Positions 13,251 to 26,623 of a stretch of DNA of 64,000 nucleotides are shown here, piece by piece. Origin of the DNA: Vicugna vicugna (lineage: Eukaryota); contig MU058241.1 in NCBI GenBank assembly GCA_013265495.1, positions 1,615,249 to 1,679,248 of the forward strand, in the 5' to 3' direction. The notes beneath the pieces are model-generated. The model searched no databases. It was not told the origin of the DNA and saw nothing but the letters and a program-made list of their open reading frames with translations. Made by a program: the position numbers and the translations under genes. The number at the start of each line of letters is the position of its first letter. The stretch's first letter is position 1.

Positions 13251-14450
13251 AAAGGAAGAGAGAACCACCATCTGCAAGACTACAGTCCTGAGTTCCTATC
13301 CAAGTGCCCGGCCCTGACACAGGTAAGGGAGCAGGCTGAAGGCCCTTCACAAGAGCTCCCACTCCCCTGACCTCAGTGTGCCCACGGACAGGTGTGCACT
13401 TACACCAACTCAGAGCCACCATCTGTGTTTCCTGGAGACAGTTCAGAGTCACAAGGAAGTTGTAACTCCTCTGTTCATCTCGAACTGTGGTTCCTACCCC
13501 ACGTTCCAGAGCAAGCATGCGGACATTTTCAGTATTTCAAAGCCAAGTTGAAACTTTGACGTTCGTTTGGCAGCTCTGAGGAGGTCACGGGCTACTCAGT
13601 GCAAAAGGCACGTGGGATTTTTGGGTTTGCTTGCTTATCTCACTCTCGATGAAAAGCCTAATTAAGTCAGTACGCGAACACTGTCAGGTGACCCAGAAGC
13701 TCCAAAGGAAACAGTGATTCCTCAATTCTCAAATGACAAGATGGGCTGTTACTTGGTCAACTCATTTTTTTTTTTAAGGTTGACATAATTATCCACAACA
13801 TGTGGACGGGAGAAGGAAATTGATTTCAGAAGCTTCTCAGAAGTAAGTAGTTCAGAAAGTATTATAGGACAGACATCATCAAGATTGCTCAAGTGTTAAC
13901 TAATGTTATATTCAAAATATACATTGGACGCTGCCTCTATTCACAATTCACTTTCATGGAACAGCCTTGTGACAAAGGCGAAATTTACCCATATTGAAAT
14001 CTAAACAGGACAGTTATGCTGCACATTTCCTTCAAAAAATGAGAGAAACGAAAAGTAGCATCACTATTTCCTAAACCCCCAAATATTATATTATTATTAT
14101 TTTTTCAAATGCAGACTGCAGCAGAACTTAACGTTCCTACGATTAAAAGGAATCACCTATTGAACTCTGTGAAGTGACTTAGTCACAGCCACTCTATCAA
14201 GGTGGCTCACACACAGATTTCATTAGTGAAACAGACCTGACTGGGGAATACAGTGGAATTGCTGAGCTCAAAGCATACAGATCTTTTTGTGTGGTTTTGA
14301 TTAAGAGCGGAAATCATTACTGTTCAGACAAGACGCTCTCTTGATCAGTGAGCTTGAATGGTGTGATGCCTCTGTGCCTGCATATATCACAGGAGTACGT
14401 GCGAGTTCTCAGCTTTAGAAAACAAGGTGTGTTGACATTCAGAAGTCTTT

Positions 14451-14585
14451 CTGTTTGTTTGTTTGAGGGGGAGGTAATTAGGTTTATTTTATTTATTTGT
14501 TTTATTTTAACAGAAGTACTGGAGATTGAACCCAGAGCCTCGTGTATGCTAAGCATGCACTCTACCACTGACCTAGACCCTCCCC
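14451..14585 (-). mobile_element. Vic-1-type SINE with TSD
   Basis: tRNA-Ala-like head ends at 14585; TSD acatt(c/t)agaagtcttt at 14435-14450 and 14591-14606. Confidence 0.92.
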
Positions 14586-16029
14586 GCCCAACATTTAGAA
14601 GTCTTTGGTCATTTCCCGTAGCTAGATGGAAACCACGTCTTTTTTTTTTTTCTTTGAGCATCATACTGTAACCATGTTTCACTGTGAACTTGATTTCAAC
14701 TAAATTTTACAAAGGGATAATATTTTGCAACAGAGTGGCGGCTGAGATATTAATACAGTGTCATGCACTGATGGTATTCCTAGCAGTCAAGCAAAGCATT
14801 TCCAGCACACCCAATGCGTCTGTTAGAAATACCAGGGAGTAGCTATGAGCACACTTTTCAGAATGTGTAAGAACCCCAGTTCCCAGCCATCACTCAGACC
14901 TCTGACTCTCCCTTTCTGATCCAACCTCACCGTCCACTTAATGTCTCCGAAGAGCCAACTATCAAAGCAAAAGGCCGATGCCAACCCCTCCTCTTGCTCG
15001 TGAGGTTTTCCTCAGATTTATCAGCTGGTGGTCATCTGGTCATCTGTCCCTGAACTGAGGCTCCATCGCACTGTATCTGTAACTTTCTTAAATAACGTAT
15101 TACTTGCTAAAACCACTTTTATTACTGTGATTTATGTACACGTCTCACCTGCAGCCACTAAGCTACTCTGGAAACTAACAGACCTTCGTCGGGAGAATGA
15201 ATGGTCGGGGGAACCGATGCATGAAATGCAGTCTGCAACTCCATCTCGAGAGATGCTATCATCTATAAAATAACATAAAAACAGCTCTGCACACAGGCCA
15301 TAACCTCGTGCAAATACGGCAAAAGCATGTAGTCTTCATATACAGGGATACAAGTTTTCACTCCTCACTCCTCGAAAATAAGACTAGCTCAAGGAACGGG
15401 CTAGTCCTGTTCCAACTAAACACCCCTGTTCATGCATGTCACCCGTGGTGAGTATTGGTTGTGCGTCCTGCACTGGCGAGCTACCGATGACAACGGAAGG
15501 AAGGGGTATGAACATCCAGTGAGGGTGTCCAGACAGCACTGAATGGGAATCCGTTTGACCTGCATTCCAAGTAGCCAAAAGCATAAGGAGAGCTCCCTGC
15601 TCCCAGGAACTCAGAATTAAAAAGAATTTAAAACACTCAAATGTGCACACGAGGATGTAAGCAGAAGCGTAAGGTTTCATAAGCTACATGCTGCCCCTGG
15701 GATGGGTAACAGATCACCCTTTCTCTGCTCCTTTGGCTAAGGCCCGGTATGACCCGGCCTTACCCCACTCCTGGCAGTGTGCAGGGTACGTCACCTGCTT
15801 CTCTTCATTCCCAGCACGACTGAGGAGGGTAAGTGGTTGGGAGGGTGGAAGCAGCTACAAGCAGAACAAGACAGCAAGCACACACTGGCCAACTCCTTCC
15901 CAGCCTTGCCTTCTTTGGAAACATTTCTTGGGCACCACTGGCCGAGTGAGGCTCTTTTCTTGCTGTATGCACCACTAGTATCTTGTGCCAAGAAATGTCA
16001 AATCTAATGGGTCTCCTTCGACTTCCTGC

Positions 16030-16385
16030 CACCAACTGCTTACCCAGCCACCCAACCACCTATGCAACAAACCACCCAACCATCAACCCAACAACCCACC
16101 CAACCAAGCAACCAGGCACCCACGCACCTAACCAACCAGCCACCCGTCCACCCAACCATCCATTCACCTACTCATCTATCCATTCATCCAACCACTCAAC
16201 CACCCATCCAACCAACCAAGCAGCCAGCCACCCATCCACCCAACCATCCATCCAACCAACCACCCAACTACCCACTCACCCAACCAGCTACCCACCCAAC
16301 CAAACAACCAGCCACCCACCCACCCAACCATCCACTCAACCAACTACCCACCCAGCCAACCACCTACCTACCCAACCCATTGACC
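16030..16385. repeat. Degenerate compound tetranucleotide repeat (CCAA/CCAC/CCAT)n
   Basis: About 350 nt of ccaacc/cacc/catcc units with very few G. Confidence 0.9.
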
Positions 16386-17016
16386 ATGAGCTCCTTCAGG
16401 GAAGAGACTCCATTTCATATTTATTTTTGCCTCTAGCCCAGTATCAGGTACACAGCTCAATCAGTATTTTATAAACTAATGGAGGAAAACATTCCACCAT
16501 TATCCTTTCACACCTTTGTAGGTAAACTCTGATTTCCTGAGTCCCTGGTAATCTGTGAAATGTCCATATGAGAGAATAACCAAGGAGCTATGAAGCACTT
16601 TATCTCTTTACAGTAGCAAAATTCAATGGTCACGTGCTTTCCTACGTCTTACACGTGTTCTTGCTGTATCAGGCAGCCCCCACTGTCTGGGACACCACGC
16701 TTCATCTCTTTGCATGTTCACTTCCACTCATCCTCCTCCAACCAACCCACATCCACTGCAGACCTGGGTGGGTGTCTTAACCCTTAGCACCGATGTGCCC
16801 TCTGTGGTATCTCACCTAAGTCTTTGTGAATCAGGTCACACTTACTATAGTTAGATACGTGTGTCTGGTATTCGCCGACTCTATCCTGTACAAGCAGCTT
16901 GGGGTCAGTAGCTGGGTCGTACCCGATATCCCCAGTGACAGGCCTGATCCATTTTGCTGGTGGCTTAGTTAATGCTGTGTCAGGAACCAAGCATCAGCTC
17001 AAAGTGCTACAGCAGA

Positions 17017-17253
17017 CTGAGGTGGGCAGAATCATGACCTCCCAAAGCTGTCCACGTCCTCAGCCCCCAGGTGACTGTAAGTATGTCACCTTCCATGCCA
17101 GAGGGGACGTGCAGATATGATTAAGTGAAGGGTCGAGAAATGGGACCATTAGTCTAGATGATCTGTGTGAGCCCAATATAATCACAAGGGTCCTTGGAAT
17201 TGCAGGCAAGAGGGTCCGAGCAAGTGAAAGAGATGAGATTACGGGAGCAGAGG

Positions 17254-17292
<39 letters not shown>

Positions 17293-17562
17293 TCTGAAGA
17301 CATTGCATTGTCAATTTTAAAAATGGAAGAAAAGGGCTCTGAGCCAAGGAATGGAGGTGGCCTCCAGACGCTTGAACAGGCAAGGATAGAGACTCTCCCC
17401 GAGAGCCTCCAGAAGGACGCAGCCCTGCCGTCACCTTGATTTTGGACAAGTGAGGCCCGTTTCAAACTTCTGACCTCTAGAACTACAAGTTAATACTCCC
17501 GTGTTGCTTTAGGCCAGGACGTTTATGTTCACTTGTTACGGTGGCTGCAGGAAATGGTTACA
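17017..17562 (+). mobile_element. MaLR solo LTR (MLT1-like) with an internal (GA)n at 17257-17289
   Basis: tgaggtgggcagaatcatgacctccc...tatgtcaccttccatg...gagagcctccagaagga...aaacttctgacctctagaactacaag...gttacggtggctgcaggaaatggttaca. Confidence 0.82.
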
Positions 17563-17882
17563 TGGAGGGTGGATGGGGTCTTGTTTCAATCAGCTACATG
17601 GTATGGAGCTGCATGTACATTTGGGGGACAATGCCCTCAACTCTAATGTCTTGACACAGAATGTGTGCTCTTAAGTTCTGTGGGGACCATTCCAGAAATG
17701 GCCACATCGACCATCTGACGTCTCAGTGCCCGTGACCCAGCAAAGTCCTACATGTTTCAAGTTGCAGAAGAATAACCCCATGCCTCCGAGATCCAGGAAA
17801 AGGTGACCACAGGGTGAGCTGGGGGTGGGGCGGGGGCAGAGCTGAGCCCCATGGGCATTTCCCACCTGGACAGACATCTCAC

Positions 17883-18020
17883 CTTTATAGATTCCATTAC
17901 TGCCTCCGTGAACTTCTCCTCTGATGCTCATCTCCTCTACGTGTGCTCCTTGGTCCGAGGAGAAGTAGACGAGGGTGTTATTAGCCAGTTTCAGCTCATC
18001 CAGAACATCCAAGATCTGCC
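17883..18020 (-). CDS. STS: STS exon 7 (138 nt)
   Basis: [46 protein letters not shown] (DQ metal ligands); CTTCAG| acceptor, |GTGAGA donor. Confidence 0.97.
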
Positions 18021-19415
18021 CTGAAGGGGAGAAAGTATTCAATTTGAAAACAGTGCAATCTTTACGAAAGAAAGGGAGGTTGTTTGCCCTCATTGACTTG
18101 TCCATTAATTTCTTCTGGTGAGGAGGGGACAGTCTTGCACGCTGAGCTCTCCCATGCTGCTCCTGACGGGGGGGGCAGACTAAGGAGGAGGACCAAGAGT
18201 GCCAGGCCTCTTGCATCAAGAAGACGCAGTCATTGAATAAAGTTATCATCGTTAAGTATTATCTGAACCTCTAGGCATGCTGGGGTGATTCTGTAGAGAG
18301 ATCGGATAAAGGGTTCTAATAGAATCAGGCTTGCTGATAATGACTCCTTCGAAGATGCCGGATTGTGGCTGCTGTCCGTGGTCCTGAAGTTATAAAGCTG
18401 TCTACTGGTTTTCCTTACTGACCGGGAGAAAACCCGAACCAGCAGTGTTCTTCTCCCATGAACAAATACCTCTATAAACATTTTATGATGAATGAACGAT
18501 CTGTTTTAATATTTACCATAGACACCCAAATCTAAAACTGCCCATCACGAGTATTGATACTCCTCATGCTTTCCTCTTCCTTGTCCTCCCCTTCTCCACC
18601 CCCCTTGTCCTCCCCCTGCACCCACCCCGTACACCCACATTGTGTACGAACCCCCACTTCACAACCCTTCAAAGTGACGATTCCAGCCACAACAATGAGA
18701 ACAACGCCTCTCATCCGTCAAACACTCTCTACGTGCGAAGGACTTTCTTCCACGTTCTCCTGTTTAGGCGACACTGACCCTCACAAGGAAGGAGTATCGG
18801 CTCCATCATACAGGTGACAGCCACAGTGCTCCCAGACAGTACACGACCCGCTCACAGCGACACAGTTAGGAACTGGGAGACCCAGGAAAAAAAGAATAAA
18901 ATCTGATTCCAAATCCCACAGTCTCAAACCTCATGTAGTTAAGTGGATGAAGTCATTCAGAATCACACAGGAATGAAAATGACATTCAGGAGAGAAATCA
19001 GAGTTACCTCCTGGAAGACCCACGGATAGCCACTGTCTTCTTCAAATTAACCCAGGAAGAAGGGACGTGCGCTAAGCAAGATCAGGCAGGACTTCGTTCA
19101 CTGTTAAATGTGGATAAGGGGCACAAGGGAGTTCACTGCACTTTTCTATTTCTATTCATGCCTAAAATTTTCCATAAGGAAAAAAACCACCACCAACCAC
19201 AGAAGCCAGGTGAAGATGGAGGCATGGGCCGAAACGCATCTTTGATTATGACGCTACCATCACCCACTCTCAAATCAGAAGACAATGATGGTCACACTAG
19301 AAGAAAAAATGTATAATTTACAGACAGATCTATGTACTCACACGCTGTTCCTTTAACTCAGTCAGTTCATGTGCCCAGTCAGTTATAGTGTGAGGTATTA
19401 AAGGGTCTGACTTTG

Positions 19416-19940
19416 TTCTTTTTTTTTTTTAATTGAATTATAGTTGATTTACAATGCAGTGTTAATTTCTGGTGTACAGCACAGCGATTCAGTATCCATA
19501 TGTATACATTTCTTCCATATCTTTTTCATTATACGTTATTACAAGATATTCAATGTAGTTCCCTGTCCTGTACAGTATAATCTTGTTGTTCATCTATTTT
19601 ATGTATAGTAGTTTGTATCTGCAAATTCAAACTCCTAATTTATCCCTCCCCCATCATTTCCCATTTGGTAACCATATGTTTGTTTTCTATGTCTGTGAGT
19701 TTGTTCCTGTTGTGTAAATAAGTTCATTTACATCATATTTTACATTCCACATATAAGTAACATCATATGATACCTGTCTTTGACTTACTTCACTTAGTAT
19801 GATAATCTCTAAGTCCTTCCATGTTGCAGCAGATGGCATTATTTCATTCTTTTTAATGGCTGAGTAGTATTCCACTGTTTATATATTCACCACATCTTCT
19901 TTATCCCACTCATCTGTTGATGGACACTTAGGTTGTTTCC
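19416..19940 (-). mobile_element. 5'-truncated L1 (end of ORF2, 3'UTR, poly-A) with TSD
   Basis: Poly-T at about 19419-19430; MEYYSAIKKNEIMPSAATWKDLEIIILSEVSQ; ctgactttg at 19407-19415 and 19941-19949. Confidence 0.92.
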
Positions 19941-21139
19941 CTGACTTTGCCTTTTGATGTTCGACTACTAAGAGCTTTTAATCCTCACCTCTGCCTTTTC
20001 CATTTGTCCCCAGTAAGCTAATATGAAAGCTTTGGGGTTGGTTCCCTCCATCAGTGTCTGTGGGAGGTGCTAACTATGCCAGTTCCTGCCTCCATGCAGG
20101 AACCCATATCCAAGATCCAACTCCCACCCACCATGAAAGCTGACTCTCTCCTTTCCATCTCTCTCAAGCTATGTTTGGACCATTTTAGGAGTTGCCCTGC
20201 TCCTCCCAGAAAGCCTCACTCTGTGAGTTACAACCCTTTCCATGGCCTCTTGGCGTGGCTGTGGCTTAACTAGTTTAGATGTGGGACCCACACTGTGGGT
20301 GGGGTCCATCTCGTCACTGTAGGATAACCACAAGAACTGGACTTCTACAAGGACACCAGGTACCCTCTGCAGCAGAAACAGTAACTGCACATGGGGACAC
20401 CTGGCAGGTAGGTCATACGCCAGTGAAGGCAGGCCCTCCACCCCGGGGTTGCACCCTCACCGACATGGTCCAGAAAAGGCATAGAAGTTTGCAGGGTCAA
20501 CCCTCCACGGAGGTGGCAGAGATGATCTCCGATGCAGAAGCAAGACCCAAGTCAAGTCATTTGTTCCCAGACATATTTTTTGCTATTTGACTGCAAATGC
20601 CACAGGCCAGAGTACGTTCAGTCTTTCTCAGTTTTGTTTTTTTAACTCATATGACAAACTCCTAGAAGCCATGCCATATACATAAATGTCATACTCAGGA
20701 CCGAGGAATGAGACACACAGGGCCACTTCAGCACGTTGTCTCCCACGATAAATCATCATCGGGCAGACATTTATTGCCGTGTTATTCGGCTCAGCTAAGC
20801 AGACCACCTGTGCACTCGGGCTTGGGGTAATCTGACTCTGACACTATTTCAGGTTTATCACTTTGAAAATGGTAATTAGTTTAATGAGTTGACAAAGGGA
20901 GAGCCAATAACCACTAACACCCCTACTTACACTTTGAAGGGAAAATGCCCCTTTTGGTGCGTGTAACAATTTCTAAGTAGAATAACACGGATTAGGCAGA
21001 CAGCAGAGGATTGAGGACCTTACTTCCTTGTAACGGGTCTTTTGCAAATGGGCATGCAACCATGCACCTCTCTTGCAAATGAAATTCACCTTTCATATAT
21101 ACAGAAGTGTTTCAGTACACAGAAGTGCTGACGAAATGT

Positions 21140-21216
21140 CTTTTTTTTTTTTTAATTGAGGTATAGTCAGTCACAATGGGTCAATTTCTGGTGTACAGCA
21201 CAATGTCCCAGTCATG
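21140..21216 (-). mobile_element. Very short L1 3' terminus with poly-T
   Basis: ttttttttttttttaattgaggtatagtcagtcacaatg...tctggtgtacagcacaatgtcccagtcatg; flanks atgtcttttt / atgccttttt. Confidence 0.7.
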
Positions 21217-21259
21217 CCTTTTTTAAAACATGTGGCTTCCCTGATAACTTCTGTGGACA

Positions 21260-21850
21260 TAAAGGTCTGTACACAAACATTTACGGCAGGTTTATTTATA
21301 ATTGGCAAAACCTTGGCAGTAACCGGGGTGTCCTTCAGTAGGTGAGTGGATAAACTAACTGTGGTCCATCCAGAGAATGCAATATTATTCAGTGATACAG
21401 AGAAATGAGGCATCAAGCCGTGAAAGGATATGAGGGACCTTTAAATGCATATCATTAACTAAAAGGACTCACCCTGAAAAGGCTACACACTGCATGATTC
21501 AACTCTGTGACACTCTGGAAAAGGCAAAACCATGCAGACTGTAAACAAACAAACAAACAAACAAAGAAACAAAAAATGGCGGTTGCCAGGGGTAGGATTT
21601 TTAGGGCAGTGAAAATATTGTGTATGATACTCTAATCATGATACATTTGCCCAAATGCATAGAAGGCACAATTCAGATAGTGAACTCTGATGTAAACTAC
21701 GCATTTTAACTGATAATAATGTATCAGTGTTGGTTATTTAATTGCAACAAATGTCCAGCACTAACACAAAGGGAATGTAGGCAAACTCTCTGTACTTTCT
21801 ACTCTGTTTTCCTGTAAACTTAAAAGTGCTAAAAAAAATTGTCTACTAAT
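21260..21850 (+). mobile_element. Old L1M 3' region
   Basis: tgtacacaaacatttacggcagg...ggataaactaactgtggtccatcc...ctggaaaaggcaaaac...gtgaactctgatgtaaactac; contains (AAAC)n at 21543-21563. Confidence 0.8.
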
Positions 21851-24346
21851 TTTTTAAAAAATGCCTTTCCAAGTCACTGTTGGCTTGTACACTTCCTCAT
21901 CCACACAGTCAACACGTGTTTGTGAGAAGCCTCCCGCTCGCGGGCTACAGACTGGGGCATGTGGGGTGTCAGGGACAGTGTTTGCTCCCAAAGCCACCTG
22001 GGCACCCTTGTCTTTTCCCAAGCCAGCTCCATCTCCTGGTTGCAGTTTCCCCTCCAGGCTGTTCTCATCTCCAGAGGAACCTTCACCTGCATTCACTACC
22101 CACGTTCCTTCTACTAAAATGCATAAGGCATCCTTCCCCATCGTAACACTACCTCCCTAAGGATTCCTCCAAATTTCTAGATTTCAAATGACCACAATAG
22201 TTTCTTTGCCCCCATCCATTTTTCTGATTGACTGCCAAGAGTGGCAACTTGTATCATTTTCATCAGAAGCACCTTATACCACCGGGCTGAGCTTCATAGA
22301 AGAGAATTTAGACGAGGCCACTACGCAGGTACACGTGGTGGAAAAGTTGGCTCCATCTGTGAATAAAGTGTCAGATTTCTGATTTTTTATTCATTCTTTC
22401 TCTTTCAAGGGATACAGTCTGGACTCCCATACCGTTTGGATCTCATGCCAGAGTCTCACTCGGAAAGCTCATGAACCATCCCGTTTTTCATGAGACTGAT
22501 ACCATAAAAGCCTAACATATTTCTCTCCTAAAAATTCTGCCCAGAAATCTCCTGTGGCAACAAATACTGCTGTATTTATTCTTGCTTTCAGATCAACACA
22601 TGGCACGTCAGGGGTCCGCCAATATTATCTTTCAGTAAGGTTCTCAAGGTATAATGATACCAATTTATACAGGATGATAGTTTTGAATTACCAGGGCCGG
22701 GCTGCAGGATAGCTGATAAATGAAATGTTTTATTTCCAGAGCTTTCTCATATGGTTCCTGAGATGAGACAAATGCAGAAAACAAGCCATTTCAAGGGCAC
22801 TTTGTTATTTAACCGGCGACAACGAGGGCGAGTGTGATGGGAAACAAACGAGGGCTGGCTGACCAGTGTTCCGTCGTCCTCACGGAGAAAACGTGCAGAT
22901 GTGAAAATCGGGGTCCTACGTCCTTCAGGTCTGAATGCGGGTTGCAGAGGAGGCCTGGGTTCTGGAGAGTTTGACCATTGATTCAGGTCCCGAGCAACTA
23001 CTGAGACAGTATTTGGGGTCAGCACTGGGACGTGCCACGTGGGAGGGAGCAGGGTTTCGGACGCACAGGTAGGGCCTCGGTCTTGCATGAGGTGTCATCA
23101 TGTAGCATTAAAGGCTCAGGCTGCGGCTCTTGGGTCCTGAGAGAAGGAGACCTGGTTTGAGTCCTGGGTGGCTGGCTTGCTCACTGAGGTCCTTTGTGTC
23201 TAAGTCGGAGATGAAAATGTAGAGCAGCAGAGAGTTGCCATGAGAAATCGGGGAGGAGAAATGTGTTCAGAACTCTGAGCACAGGACTGTGAGTGTTCAA
23301 CGCAGCCAAGCTCTTCAAAGGATGTAAAAAATCAGCTTGCTTTTTAGAAGGAAGCCTTGCTATTTCAACAGATTTGACTTTTCTCTTTTCTTCTACAATG
23401 TAGGTCGGCTCAGACAAAATATGGAAGCAAAATGCTGTGACGTGCCTACCCCTTGGGATGCGTCAAGCTCATAAGGAAAAAAAAAATCTTCTGAAGCAGC
23501 CACCCACCATGAGCCATTAAGAGAGAATTCCACCTACTCAGTGTAATTCTGGGGAACACAGGAAATCCTAAAAAGCTCCTCTGAAACTATCTTTAGGAAG
23601 TCCTTCCTGTGATCAACAGGGGAACAATGGGACGGAAATATTTTAAGGATTTTAAGGTAAAGGAGCGCGCCCACTTGCAGCACGAGGTGGTAGCGCCGAC
23701 TGTCCACGGGGCACGGGAAACGCCAGGCGTTGCTCCGGGAAGCAAGCATTGCTCTATGATTCGATGCTCTCCTGCGTCGGTAGCCGACTGGCATGTAGAA
23801 ATTCCGCTGTCACTGGCCCTAGAAGGGCAATTCCTTGTCAGCTTACGGGGGGTTAGAAGCAAAACCGCCACGCCACACATCAGGACGTGTGGTCAACGCA
23901 CACACAGATTTACTGTCTGGTTGGGAGCAATGCCCCTGGCGTGCAGGTAAACTCGACCCTGTACTTCCTCCCAAAATAAACGTTTGAGATTTCCAAAACT
24001 CCAGTCCTGATCTTCTCCATTACAAGGAGCTCAAGGTGATCCCCCAGATGGGACGTTTGAAAGCGTAGGAGTAATCTACAGTATAAAGTCAAGTTCAAAA
24101 CCTTATACCTAAAAGGAAAAAAAAAAAAAAAGGACACGGCCAAAAATAAAAGTCGTAGGATTGAATTATTTATCTGCATTCCATGAGCTGGTCAAGATAT
24201 AAAAATGATGTGCTGGTGTCTGCGGTATGTGTTGGGGACACAGCTGGTGGCGTTTGACACAGTTTTCATTTGTTATTTGATTCCAGGATATTTTTTAAAC
24301 AGAAGCAAGCAAAATACTGTAATGGTGAATAGAAGATGGGGTATTT

Positions 24347-24802
24347 TAGAAATAGACTCATGGACACAGAAAACAAACTGTGGTTACCAGAGGGGGAGGT
24401 GGAAAGAGGAACACATTAGGGGTTTGGGATTAATAGATACAAACTACTGTATATGTGTACACACACACACACACGTACACACACATATACACACACACAC
24501 AGGTTTTTAAAATGTAGAATGGATCCTGCATGCAAAAGAAATTTTGTAAGCCAGTACAAGGTGGTTCTAGCATACTATTGTATAAGTAAGCATGTTTGTA
24601 CATTTCTTGGATAAAAATATGAATTGATAACTTATGTAACTAGTCTGATTAAATAAATAGGAAACCAAAACTAATAAAAAAAAATAAAATAGATAAACAG
24701 CAAGGACCTACTATATAGCACAGGGAACTATATTCAATTCCTTGTAATGACCTCTAATGGAAAAGAATCTGAAAAAAATATATATAAGTAAAAAAAAAAA
24801 AA
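24347..24802 (+). mobile_element. L1 3'UTR interrupted by a non-L1 insert (about 24455-24685)
   Basis: gaaatagactcatggacacagaaaacaaac...caaactactgtatat, then the insert, then aaaatagataaacagcaaggacctactatatagcacagggaac. The two halves are contiguous in the uninterrupted copy at 27640-28050. Confidence 0.82.
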
Positions 24803-26565
24803 GACTTGGCGTTTTGTGTTACTCTATTCGGCTGCAGCACAACTGTTGCATGAGATACAGTTTGGGACCCATTTACTCAGAGGCCCCCCAAGACACAAGG
24901 TCCAAGGAGGCACCGAAAATGAAACTCCTGCAGGATGGTTTCAGGAACGGAGGGAGGGGGAGCAAGAGGGTGCTTACATGCAACTTAACACGTAACTTTT
25001 AAACATGGTACCTAAACACAGTAAACAGATCATTAGGGTGATCAGGGTAAGTAAGAAACAGGAATCAGCAAGATGGAAATGTTGCCAGTGTACGGTCGCC
25101 CTTTCCTTCCCTTTGCTTCCCTTCCCTGTTGGGTTTGCTCCCCTCTGAGTCCACACCGTTTCCAGGAAGTCCACCTGATTCTGTGTTGTACTTGGCTGGA
25201 TGATGATGTTCTGATTTCCTCCACGAAGCCCACCTCCACCCTCACCCCAGCCATAAGGTGTGATTTATCCCGCTGCACCGGCGTCTGCTTGCACCATCTG
25301 GGATACCTTCACGGCTCTGCTCAGCTATCTTCTCGGACTGACAATATCTTGTGTGTGCGTGTGTGTGTTTTCTTTTCTCCCCTCTAGGGTGTTACCTTGG
25401 ATGGAAATAATTTAAATAACTCCAACCAGTTCTCATTCTCACCCAGCAAACCGGTGCTCTCCCGCGAACAGAGAAGGACAGTGTCACTGAACACACAGTG
25501 TGTCTGGGGAAGCACTTAAAGTCAGTCTGCCTGCGAGTCCGAGGAAGGGTCTGTGGTCAGGGCTTCCCCAGGGTTACCAGGATCACAGCGGGCTGGCTGA
25601 CCCGAGCAGTGGGCCATCAGACCGGAAAGAAGTCTTTGCAAAGGACAGCGCTCAGAGTGAACACGTGGTCTCTTGATCTGGCCACGCCACTGTATTTGCC
25701 AGACTTGACTGTCTTGCGGAAAAGAAAGCTTGCAGATTCCGGGGCAGCCGTTTGCTGTCTGGAGTGGCCACTGGTGGAACTTGCCGTGGGAGGTCATCCA
25801 GGCTCTGTGACGGGGTACGGCGTGGCCTGCATGCCTCCAGGGCAATTCCTCTGATTGTGCTGGAAACAGACCAGCGGGAGCTTCTCCAGCTATGGGAGAG
25901 ACGGCCGTACACTTCCCGCCCGCCCGAGCTGGGCTGTGAGCAGAGAAGGTCTCGAGGCCACGGACAACGATCAAGGTAATTAACCCCTTCAGAACACTCT
26001 CATTTATGATCCTTCACCACATCGTCCATACTCCTTATTTCAGGACTAGATTTTTTTTTTTTCCGCATGGGAGATTCTACCATCTCTAAAGCTGAAGATA
26101 CAGAAAGGAAAATTACGCTTCCCTTTGGAGATGCATTGTACAAGAATCACGGGTTCCACTCACACACGACGCTCAAATTAAAACCCAGACACGCTGACTA
26201 ACACTGCACACCAAGCTTCTCTCTCATGCTTGGCTCTGAATCCAGGTGGCCTAACTCTGGGATGATGTGTTAACTTTACAGGGGAGAGCTCAGGCTCTTA
26301 GATACAGGTCAGCTCTTCCCCCAAGAACCTAAATACCAAGGCTGTGTGGGCAGATGGGCTGTTTCAAAAACTGGGAAGTCCAAAGGGGACATCTCAAATA
26401 CACACGGAAATACTGCTAATAATATAAAAACCCACGAGACACTGCAAATCTGTGTCTTCTGTTCCATCACAGACATTTTTTTTCCATTTATGATTTTTCT
26501 GCTCAAAATAATGGGGGCATATGCGCATTGTAAGCAAAGATGCTTTGCCTACCTATGAAAGGGAT

Positions 26566-26621
<56 letters not shown>
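26566..26621. repeat. (TAA)n microsatellite
   Basis: Perfect taa run of about 18 units. Confidence 0.97.

Positions 26622-26623
<2 letters not shown>

Noticed and set aside
15983..16474. 163-aa and 124-aa Pro/Thr/Gln-rich mucin-like ORFs
   Set aside because: They are translations of a stop-free C/A-rich tetranucleotide repeat.
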